A program made the translations under genes and the position numbers. Below are positions 1-7,492 of a DNA stretch of 12,182 nt, piece after piece; within the stretch, counting starts at the first letter, position 1; each line of letters starts with the position of its first letter. Under the pieces are notes generated by a model. It had not been told where the DNA came from. It did not search any database and saw only the letters and a program-made list of their open reading frames with translations. Location of the stretch: the NCBI GenBank assembly GCA_048940925.1, contig JBHLOC010000076.1, positions 1-12,182 of the forward strand. The letters run 5' to 3'. The DNA is from Promethearchaeota archaeon. Its GTDB lineage: Archaea; Asgardarchaeota; Lokiarchaeia; Sigyniarchaeales; SOKP01.

Positions 1-377
1 TGATATACATAAGTAGGCTCTATTTCAGAATAACTAATAATAAATTCAGTTGGATCAGTTTCAATATCTCTGGTGTAATTAATAGCAGTGATATTTTCAA
101 AGTATAGTTTAGCGTAGGAGATATTATAATTTGGAATGAAAATTGTTGGTTGATTATTTAAACTTGGTTGATCCTTGTTAATATAACAATCCTTACTGAA
201 CACTGTTAAATCTTCGAATATTTTACCTGTACGATTAAGAGCTTGAGGGTAAATAGCAGGAGACGCAGAACTGTAATTAAATCCATTAATACTTTTTATC
301 ATAAGACAAGAAATAGGCAAGCACATTATATAAAGTAGAAAAATAATGTATAAAGATCTTTTTTTAAAGATTTTCAT
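1..377 (-). CDS. Partial (N-terminal ~125 aa) secreted/cell-surface glycoprotein, runs off the left edge
   Basis: Not in ORF track; translated by hand from ATG at 377: MKIFKKRSLYIIFLLYIMCLPISCLMIKSINGFNYSSASPAIYPQALNRTGKIFEDLTVFSKDCYINKDQPSLNNQPTIFIPNYNISYAKLYFENITAINYTRDIETDPTEFIISYSEIEPTYVY..., open to the edge. Basic N-terminus plus hydrophobic stretch (signal peptide/anchor), five N-x-S/T sequons, GAGG SD-like motif just upstream. Confidence 0.75.
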   Translation of the reverse strand, partial: MKIFKKRSLYIIFLLYIMCLPISCLMIKSINGFNYSSASPAIYPQALNRTGKIFEDLTVFSKDCYINKDQPSLNNQPTIFIPNYNISYAKLYFENITAINYTRDIETDPTEFIISYSEIEPTYVY

Positions 378-528
378 TGAAAAATCCTCATTTTTTTTTT
401 TTTAAATTAGAGAAATTATAAGTTGAGTAACAAGTGAAGTACTATATTTTTAAAACTAGTTTTTCTAATCTACTAGAAAAACCAATCAGATAATAAAAAA
501 AAACTCAGGGACAAGATTTATGATTTTA

Positions 529-759
529 TCAAATTGTATTTTTTATCAAATCTTCTAATACTTCTTCTGTAATGAATTTTTTTTCGGTTATTATGCCATG
601 TGCTTTATTGATAAGAAAATCTTTAAAACATTCATAATTTTTAATACCCTTTTGCTCAAACTTATGTGTATTTCCTTGGAGTGTGCGTCAACTAAATATT
701 ATATGTTCTTCTCTTCCTACTATTTCTGGTGTAAATGATCTCAAATACATCCAAAGAGA
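529..759 (-). pseudogene. Remnant of a paralog of the LeuA/homocitrate-synthase-like gene (C-terminal ~76 codons, one internal TGA)
   Basis: Hand translation SLWMYLRSFTPEIVGREEHIIFS*RTLQGNTHKFEQKGIKNYECFKDFLINKAHGIITEKKFITEEVLEDLIKNTI* aligns with the C-terminus of 2303..3541 (KFWMCFTPYKPEVVGQEEQIIFGPTTLHGDAIKMKCDQMGLKNYEDYLDEIMENIHSKIIKNKFITEYELERLIKNIIR*). About 36 identities by manual count, one 2-codon gap, TGA at 688-690, in-frame TAA just upstream. Confidence 0.85.
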
Positions 760-923
760 TTTTTAAAATTCTTTTGGTGTTTATATTATTCACTCATACT
801 TCATCAATTATAATTTAGTGGTATTCTAGGTAATAAAAATTGGTCTATTTAAGTATTAAATATAGATCAGAAAGTATTTCAACTAAATCAATTTAAAATA
901 AAATCAAAAAAAAAAGTATTATT

Positions 924-2258
924 ATGAACAAACCAGAGTTAATAAATATAGATTCAAATCCAGCAAAACCTAAACCAATTAAAGTATCCTCAGTCCATAA
1001 AGTTCTTCTTGCATTACATCTTTTTTCATATAGTGCAGTAATGGCTTTATTAATTTTAATTTGGGCATTATCCACAGAATATTCAATTTTTTGGCCTGTG
1101 TTTCCCTTGCTTGGATGGGGTATAGCAATTGGCCTTCATTTAATTGCTTACTTATTATATTTCGACAAGTCAACTTACCTTACAAGGATTACAGAGCAAT
1201 CTACTTTTAGAATATTATTTGTTTTTCACGCCTTTATTTTTATTATGGTAAACCTCATTATCTTATATAGTGATTTCATTACCCCCAGTATTGTCTACTT
1301 TTATTGGCCATTAAGTATGTGGGGTATAGGGATAGCATATCATGCTACTGGATTTTTTAGCTGGAATAAATTAATGGAGAATGAAAAGGCTAAGATAACA
1401 AGAAAATATCCTGAATATGAAGAAAGAAAAATTAAAATTATAGGAGCATTCAAAATCTCTAACTTATGGATCTTAATAGCGCATATAACCTACTTTATAG
1501 TCGTTAATATATTAATTTATACCGTCATTCCTAACCTTTTTACTAATGTACTTGAAAATATGATTTTCTTTAATGTCACAATTTCTTGGAGTACATTTAT
1601 ATCTATTCATATATTTGGCTTTTTTCTTTATTTCTACAATGAATCCATTAAACCAGTCTTAAAAGGGCTTATCATTCATGTCTCTCTCTATGTGGCTTCA
1701 AATGTTTTATTCATATATCAATGGATAAAATCTCAATTACCTTATTTCACGCCAATTTATTCATTAATCTTATGGGGTATTATAATTGCATTCCATGCAT
1801 TCTTATCTCTAAGATACGAATATATGATAAAAGATGCTTTACCAAAAGTTGAAAAATATTACCCTGATGCAGATAGATATAAATTACATTCTAAAGCACG
1901 TGGACTTCTTTTATGGAAATATTCGCTTATATCTCACTTAATCATTTATATAACCGGAATTTTCTTAATAGCAATTAATATGATTATTATGTCTATAGAA
2001 TTAAGTAATATAATTCATCCAATAATGGGGTGGGGGATTGGAGTCTCAATTCATGTGGCTTTATATTTAAATGTTCTCCTGAAAATAAAAGCGTTCTGGA
2101 AATGGACTTTTTCAGTACATCTTGCGACATATATCTCCACAGGAGTTTATCTCATTATTCTTAATGTAATGATGGGAGGTCTTCCATGGAGCGCAATTGC
2201 TTTAGTTGGATGGGGAATTGGTTTAGGTGTTCATGCCCTCTTAGCTTTTATTCGGTAA
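924..2258 (+). CDS. Polytopic membrane protein of six tandem 2TM-domain-like repeats (~12 TM)
   Basis: 444-aa hydrophobic ORF. Six units each start with H-x3-[YF] and end with W-x6-H (WGIAIGLH, WGIGIAYH, WSTFISIH, WGIIIAFH, WGIGVSIH, WGIGLGVH). FWPVFPLLGWGIAIGLH resembles the Pfam 2TM family signature as I recall it. Confidence 0.8.
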   Translation: MNKPELINIDSNPAKPKPIKVSSVHKVLLALHLFSYSAVMALLILIWALSTEYSIFWPVFPLLGWGIAIGLHLIAYLLYFDKSTYLTRITEQSTFRILFVFHAFIFIMVNLIILYSDFITPSIVYFYWPLSMWGIGIAYHATGFFSWNKLMENEKAKITRKYPEYEERKIKIIGAFKISNLWILIAHITYFIVVNILIYTVIPNLFTNVLENMIFFNVTISWSTFISIHIFGFFLYFYNESIKPVLKGLIIHVSLYVASNVLFIYQWIKSQLPYFTPIYSLILWGIIIAFHAFLSLRYEYMIKDALPKVEKYYPDADRYKLHSKARGLLLWKYSLISHLIIYITGIFLIAINMIIMSIELSNIIHPIMGWGIGVSIHVALYLNVLLKIKAFWKWTFSVHLATYISTGVYLIILNVMMGGLPWSAIALVGWGIGLGVHALLAFIR

Positions 2259-2263
2259 ATTCC

Positions 2264-2284
2264 TTTTTTTTTTATTTTTATTTT
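2264..2284 (+). terminator. Archaeal-type oligo-T terminator after the 2TM-repeat gene
   Basis: T10 run followed by further T tracts just after the stop codon, between convergent genes. Confidence 0.45.
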
Positions 2285-2302
2285 AATTAAGCTTTAGTTA
2301 AA

Positions 2303-3541
2303 TTAACGAATTATATTTTTGATTAGACGTTCTAATTCATATTCAGTAATAAATTTATTTTTAATTATTTTTGAATGAATATTTTCCATTATTTCATCAA
2401 GATAATCCTCATAATTTTTCAATCCCATTTGATCGCATTTCATCTTAATTGCATCTCCGTGTAAGGTAGTTGGACCAAATATTATTTGTTCTTCTTGTCC
2501 TACAACTTCGGGCTTATAGGGGGTAAAACACATCCAGAATTTGTCTTTTTCTAAAGCACTCATTACATGTAGTTCACTTTCATGCAAAAAAGTGTTTCTT
2601 CCAACAATCGGTTTGTTATAAGGCAAAGGAACGCCGGTAACATTCTCGATAAATTTACTTAAATTATATAATTTAGAGAGATTTATTCCCGTATCAACGT
2701 CATACAGCATTTCTAATGCAACAACAACTTCCTCGAAAGAAGTATTACCTGCGCGATCTCCGAGTTTATTAACTACTAAATCCATATATGTTGCACCCTG
2801 TTCTACAGCGGCTATTGTTGAAGCTGTCCCTAATCCGAAATCATCATGAACATGAATACCTATTGGGATATCTTTCACAATAGGTTTTAATTGTTTTATT
2901 AAATAAGAAATGGCAGGTATATTACATGCCCCTACTGTATCATACAACATTATCATTTTTACGCCATGTTTAATACCTTCCTCAATTGCTTTATTTAAAA
3001 TTGATATTTTAGAACGAGTCGCATCTACGCAATCTAGAATAGCTTCTGCTCCCATTCTCTTAATTCTTTTTAATACTGATGGAATCATTGCAACCATCAC
3101 ATCTGGATTTATCCTTTCATCACCTGTAAACAATTGAAGCTGCCATTTTGTTAGAACAATTCCAAAGCCTATGTAATCAATCTTTGCCTCTAAAGATTTA
3201 ATTATTTCTTCAGTCCACCGTGAAGGATTCGAACTTAGGTGGGAATATGTCTTTAATTTAATTCCTAATTCTTTGATTTGATTTGCCAAATCCCATTGAT
3301 CTTGAACTTGTCCAATATAACCACAATCTATGTGCTCAACACCTATTTCTTCCAATTTTTCAACAATTTGAACCTTTTGATCTAAAGTATAATACACACC
3401 AGGAGTTTCCTCTCCTTCTCGGATTGTTGAATCTCTCACATATACTTTCTTTGGAAGTTCGAAAGAATCTCTTACGTCATTAATATAATTTAAAGGTGAG
3501 ACCCAAAATTTATTATTGAACCATTTAGTAGTTTCTTTCAT
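2303..3541 (-). CDS. DRE-TIM metallolyase, LeuA/homocitrate/citramalate synthase family (no C-terminal regulatory domain)
   Basis: RDSTIREGEETPG (cf. DTTLRDGEQxPG / DSTLREGEQ), LYDTVG, metal-binding HVHDDFGLGTA, LGDRAGN, PYNKPIVGRNTFLHESELH, PYKPEVVG. Length 412 aa. Confidence 0.9.
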   Translation of the reverse strand: MKETTKWFNNKFWVSPLNYINDVRDSFELPKKVYVRDSTIREGEETPGVYYTLDQKVQIVEKLEEIGVEHIDCGYIGQVQDQWDLANQIKELGIKLKTYSHLSSNPSRWTEEIIKSLEAKIDYIGFGIVLTKWQLQLFTGDERINPDVMVAMIPSVLKRIKRMGAEAILDCVDATRSKISILNKAIEEGIKHGVKMIMLYDTVGACNIPAISYLIKQLKPIVKDIPIGIHVHDDFGLGTASTIAAVEQGATYMDLVVNKLGDRAGNTSFEEVVVALEMLYDVDTGINLSKLYNLSKFIENVTGVPLPYNKPIVGRNTFLHESELHVMSALEKDKFWMCFTPYKPEVVGQEEQIIFGPTTLHGDAIKMKCDQMGLKNYEDYLDEIMENIHSKIIKNKFITEYELERLIKNIIR

Positions 3542-3735
3542 TTTTCTCTTTAATCTCTTTTTTAAAATTATTTTAAAACAATTTAATTATGATTAGTGCC
3601 ATATAAAAAATATTTGATCTCTGATACCTATTATACATTTCTTTGAAAATGAAATAGAAATTGGAAGTATAATCTAATCTTTAAAAAGATTATAACTTAA
3701 AAAGTTTTAAAATAAATTATAATGTTTAATTTATT

Positions 3736-4467
3736 ATGAAGGCTAAAGATGTTTTAGAGTTAATTAAAAATAGACGATCAAGAAGATCCTCATTTGATCA
3801 GAATCGAACTATAACAAAGGAAGATTTAAATCAGATTTTAGAAGCCGCCCGTTGGGCACCCACACCCCATAATATGCAGAATTTCGAAATAATAATAGTT
3901 GATGATAAGGGTATCTTAGAAGCTATTGGTTATATCAAATTCACGATTTCTGATGAGTTAATCAAGGAAAATTATCAACAATTATCTTTTTCGGAAGAGG
4001 AATTACTAAAAAAAAAAGTTGGAGTTCTGGGTACAAGACTCCCGCCGGCTTTTAGAAATCCTGATGAGTATCTGAACAATTCATCTCGCGAAAAAATAGT
4101 TGTACCAGTAGGAAGATTAGCACAATCAGGCTCTATCCTTCTTGTCATAATATATGATCCAACTAAAAGAGCTCCTGCATCACCAGGTGATTTTCTTGGA
4201 ATTATTGGTCTTGGGTGTGTAATGGAAAACATGTGGTTAATGGCTCAGTCCCTGGGAATTGGATTTCATATAATAAGTGTTCTCAACGCATCTCCTGTAG
4301 AAAAAGAGGTGAAAGCGCTTCTTAACATTCCTAATCATATGAAAATAGCTTTTGGCATAAGAATTGGTTATCTAATCTCTGCTCCCCGCAAATATTTGAG
4401 AGTACGCAGAGAATTGGAAGATTTTGCTTATTACAATCAATTTGGTAAAAACACTATTGATTATTAA
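3736..4467 (+). CDS. Nitroreductase family FMN-binding protein
   Basis: IKNRRSRR, ILEAARWAPTPHNMQNF, GCVMENMWLMAQSLGIG, terminal IRIGY: typical nitroreductase-fold motifs. Confidence 0.9.
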   Translation: MKAKDVLELIKNRRSRRSSFDQNRTITKEDLNQILEAARWAPTPHNMQNFEIIIVDDKGILEAIGYIKFTISDELIKENYQQLSFSEEELLKKKVGVLGTRLPPAFRNPDEYLNNSSREKIVVPVGRLAQSGSILLVIIYDPTKRAPASPGDFLGIIGLGCVMENMWLMAQSLGIGFHIISVLNASPVEKEVKALLNIPNHMKIAFGIRIGYLISAPRKYLRVRRELEDFAYYNQFGKNTIDY

Positions 4468-4505
4468 GTATCTTTATAAAATTAGACGAAATTCAGAGTA
4501 TTAAT

Positions 4506-5030
4506 TTAATAATATTCCAATTTAACCTTATTTTTTATTATATCGAAAAGAAATATCCCTAATGTTGTCAAGATAACCTCAGAAATCAAAACTTGAATAA
4601 ACATCAACCAAATTGGTAAACCGTAAGCAATATTTAAAACAATCGCAACGTAGATTGATATTATAATTGCATATACTACTCCACCTAAATATTTTAAAAA
4701 TTTCTTAGCTCTCAAAAGTACAATACAATATAATGCTGGCACATTTACAATGCAACTGATTAAATCAATTGGACCTAAAGGTGACGATAAGTTAACAAAA
4801 AACACTCCCAAAACATTACCAATTAAACCCTCGATTGGAAAAAGAATACACATTCCCACTATTAATTCAGCTACCCGAAATTGCAGTCCAAGGAAACTTA
4901 TAGGTTGAAAAATATACCCTAAGGCAGTGTATAAAGCAGCAGTCATAGCTACTAGAGCCACTCTTAGACTTTTGCTAATTTCTCTAATGCCTGGTGATTC
5001 TTTTTCATTCTCAATAGATATATTACTCAT
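4506..5030 (-). CDS. queT: QueT-family transporter (ECF S-component for 7-deazaguanine precursors)
   Basis: 174-aa hydrophobic protein with AALYTAL...PISFLGLQFRVAE and GVFFVNLSSPLGPID, characteristic of the QueT family. Confidence 0.8.
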   Translation of the reverse strand: MSNISIENEKESPGIREISKSLRVALVAMTAALYTALGYIFQPISFLGLQFRVAELIVGMCILFPIEGLIGNVLGVFFVNLSSPLGPIDLISCIVNVPALYCIVLLRAKKFLKYLGGVVYAIIISIYVAIVLNIAYGLPIWLMFIQVLISEVILTTLGIFLFDIIKNKVKLEYY

Positions 5031-5192
5031 GCGCTTGAACTTTTAAAATTTTGGAGGATCAATTTTTACAAGTTAATTAAATAAATAAATAACATTTTAT
5101 AATAACTTTATATCTACAAAACTTCGAATAGCAAATCCTTAAAAGATTTGATATTTCACTACAAGAAAAAAGGATAAAATAATATGTATTTA

Positions 5193-6398
5193 TTATATTT
5201 TTACTAATTCATAATTTGTAGTTCCAATTCTATTTTTTACAGCAGAATCAAATTGCCATGTAGTATCAACTGTGGGATTTAATGCTTTGAACTTTTCAAT
5301 CCCCGGTTCAACCGGGACTGTCCATTCTCCATTTCTATCTAGAAAGGGAAGTCCTGGTGCTTTTGTTTCTGCATCAATACAAGCTTTATCAATTGCTACT
5401 GGATCGGAAGAACCAAATATACCCAAGTCAGGAACTACTGGTACACTGGCATTAGAGACACAGTCACACATCAATGGAATCTCAAAAGCAAAATTTATAT
5501 ATCTAATCTTTTCTGGACCAAAACTTAGAACACCAGTAACATTATCTATAAGACGCTCAACAAATTCTTTATTATCTCTCCTAGAAGGAATTTTTATCGC
5601 TTTTTTCACAGGACACTTTTGTGTGCAATTGAAACATCCAAAGCAAAGAGAAGGATCGATTTTAGCGAAACTATTTTTTATTTCAATTGCTCCTACTGGA
5701 CATGATTCTATACATTCTTGATTACATTTTGAAGTATCGCATTTTAGGGTGTTAACAACAATATAATCTGAGAAATGAGCAAGAAATTTATTATGTTTGG
5801 TTACACATCCCATTCCAAGTTGTTTTAATGCCCCCCCAAATCCTGCGAGTGGATGTCCTTTAAAGTGAGAAACAACAACAAGTTTATCATAGTCAAAAAG
5901 GCTTTTTGCAACAGAAATTTCTTTAAAATGAAAACCATTATTAATTTTTACTATTTTTCTATCAATCCCTTCATCGCCATCAATAAAATTAAGAGGTGCT
6001 CCAGTAATAGATTCAGTATATCCATGAAGATGTGCGATCTTTAGATGATCAGTTGTTTTTTTACGATGTCCTACACATATAGAATAATCATCACTTATAC
6101 AAATGTTTTCAATATTGTTTCCTCTTCCCTGAGTCTCTATAAGTGTTGGAATTGCATTTTTTGCTTTAATAGCATCGACAACTTCGTGTACATAGTCGGG
6201 ACGTAAATATCGAGTATTCTGTGCTTCTCCAACATGAACTTTAACACCTACTTTATCACCGGCGTTAATATTGTCTAATATTTTATCTAGTATAAATCGA
6301 GTTTTAACTAAATTATTAGTTACCATATTTTTTACTGTATTTGGTAAAGCAGCTATCTCAGTTGGTGATGCCCAATAGACCTTTGGTTTATTTATCAT
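5193..6398 (-). CDS. DUF362-domain Fe-S protein with inserted 2x[4Fe-4S] ferredoxin module
   Basis: VGVKVHVGE, YLRP, SHFKGHPLAGFGGALKQLGMGC, CDTSKCNQECIESCPVGAI, CFGCFNCTQKCP, PLMCDC, DLGIFGSSDPVAIDKACID. Confidence 0.88.
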   Translation of the reverse strand: MINKPKVYWASPTEIAALPNTVKNMVTNNLVKTRFILDKILDNINAGDKVGVKVHVGEAQNTRYLRPDYVHEVVDAIKAKNAIPTLIETQGRGNNIENICISDDYSICVGHRKKTTDHLKIAHLHGYTESITGAPLNFIDGDEGIDRKIVKINNGFHFKEISVAKSLFDYDKLVVVSHFKGHPLAGFGGALKQLGMGCVTKHNKFLAHFSDYIVVNTLKCDTSKCNQECIESCPVGAIEIKNSFAKIDPSLCFGCFNCTQKCPVKKAIKIPSRRDNKEFVERLIDNVTGVLSFGPEKIRYINFAFEIPLMCDCVSNASVPVVPDLGIFGSSDPVAIDKACIDAETKAPGLPFLDRNGEWTVPVEPGIEKFKALNPTVDTTWQFDSAVKNRIGTTNYELVKI

Positions 6399-6508
6399 AT
6401 ATATTCCTTTTTAATTTATAAAATATAATTCGAATTAATATTAAATTCATTAAAAATGCCATTATTTTGTAAATTAAGCAAAAATATTGTTTCCTTTTGA
6501 TGATATTA

Positions 6509-7381
6509 CTATATAGAAACAATACTGAATTCTTCTGAATTAAAACCCCAGGATTTTAAAATACTTTCTGCTTCATTTATGATATTTTTAACCATAGTCT
6601 TTAAAGGAATTATTTTGTTTTGGAATCCTATTGATGGAGATGGAACATGAGTACCTCCTAATCTTCGATGATAAAGTTGTCTATGATAGTCTTCTGTGAA
6701 AATATCAGTATTAATTCTTTCTTCCTTCCTTTTTAGGGACATCGGACTCTCTTCGGTAGTTAGAATAGCTGTTCCAAGACACACCGCATCAGCGCCCATA
6801 GCTAATGCACCAAGAAGACCACGTGCATCTCCTATTCCTCCCGCAGCTATTAAAGGAACTTTTAATAACTTCTTACCTATTGTTAAGTTGACTAAGGTTG
6901 TATGTTGGAAAGGATTTTTATATCCTGCTGACTCCATCCCCATAAGTGTAATTGCGTCAGCTCCTGCTTCCTCGGCTGATATCGCATGTCTCATTAATGG
7001 ACACTTAGGTATCCAATAACATCCAGCTTCATGGGCTCTTTCACCTATATATGTTGCTTGGTACCCTGAGGTGGTAAATATTTTTACGCCCTCATTGATT
7101 GCGGTTTCTAAATACTTTAAATAAACCTCTTTATTGCTAGTTTCATTAATAGTCATATTTACACCAAAAGGTCTATCTGTGAGATTTTTCATTTTCATAA
7201 GCTCGTTTTTAAATTCCTTAAGATCATAATTCAACGCAGTAATAATCCCAAAACCTCCCGCGTTTGAAAATGAAGCAGCAAAATCAGGTATACCATATCT
7301 CGCAAATGCAGCCATTATAAGAGGATATTTTGTTCCCGTTAATTCAGTTATACGTGTTTTCCAAATCATTTTATACAACAA
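6509..7381 (-). CDS. Nitronate monooxygenase / FabK-like FMN TIM-barrel oxidoreductase
   Basis: KTRITELTGTKYPLI, SNAGGFGII, LTDRPFGVN, AEEAGADAI, PLIAAGGIGDARGLLGALAMGADAVCLGT. True start may be the ATG of MIWKT a few codons in. Confidence 0.88.
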   Translation of the reverse strand: MLYKMIWKTRITELTGTKYPLIMAAFARYGIPDFAASFSNAGGFGIITALNYDLKEFKNELMKMKNLTDRPFGVNMTINETSNKEVYLKYLETAINEGVKIFTTSGYQATYIGERAHEAGCYWIPKCPLMRHAISAEEAGADAITLMGMESAGYKNPFQHTTLVNLTIGKKLLKVPLIAAGGIGDARGLLGALAMGADAVCLGTAILTTEESPMSLKRKEERINTDIFTEDYHRQLYHRRLGGTHVPSPSIGFQNKIIPLKTMVKNIINEAESILKSWGFNSEEFSIVSI

Positions 7382-7492
7382 ATTATATCAATTTAAATTA
7401 GTTGAGTTATAAGAAAACCAAAAAAATTTTATGAATCGAAATTTTAAATTCTTTCATTATAGAAGAAAACTAATAATTTAAATTTGAATTAT

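Noticed and set aside
452-480. Palindromes AAAACTAGTTTT and TTTTCTA-N6-TAGAAAA
   Set aside because: Short and AT-rich; expected by chance at this composition, though a regulatory role is not excluded.
688-690. In-frame TGA as selenocysteine
   Set aside because: It aligns to Pro, not Cys, in the intact paralog; the catalytic domain is missing; no SECIS-like hairpin was evident by eye.
529-759. Diversity-generating retroelement template/variable repeat pair with the LeuA-like 3' end
   Set aside because: Mismatches involve all four bases rather than only adenines, there is an indel, and no reverse transcriptase is present in the window.
3560-3578. Palindrome TTTTAAAAT-T-ATTTTAAAA in the divergent promoter region
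   Set aside because: Purely A/T low-complexity sequence; not distinguishable from background.
5031-5192. preQ1 riboswitch upstream of queT
   Set aside because: No recognisable preQ1 stem/pseudoknot consensus; an Infernal/Rfam search would be decisive.
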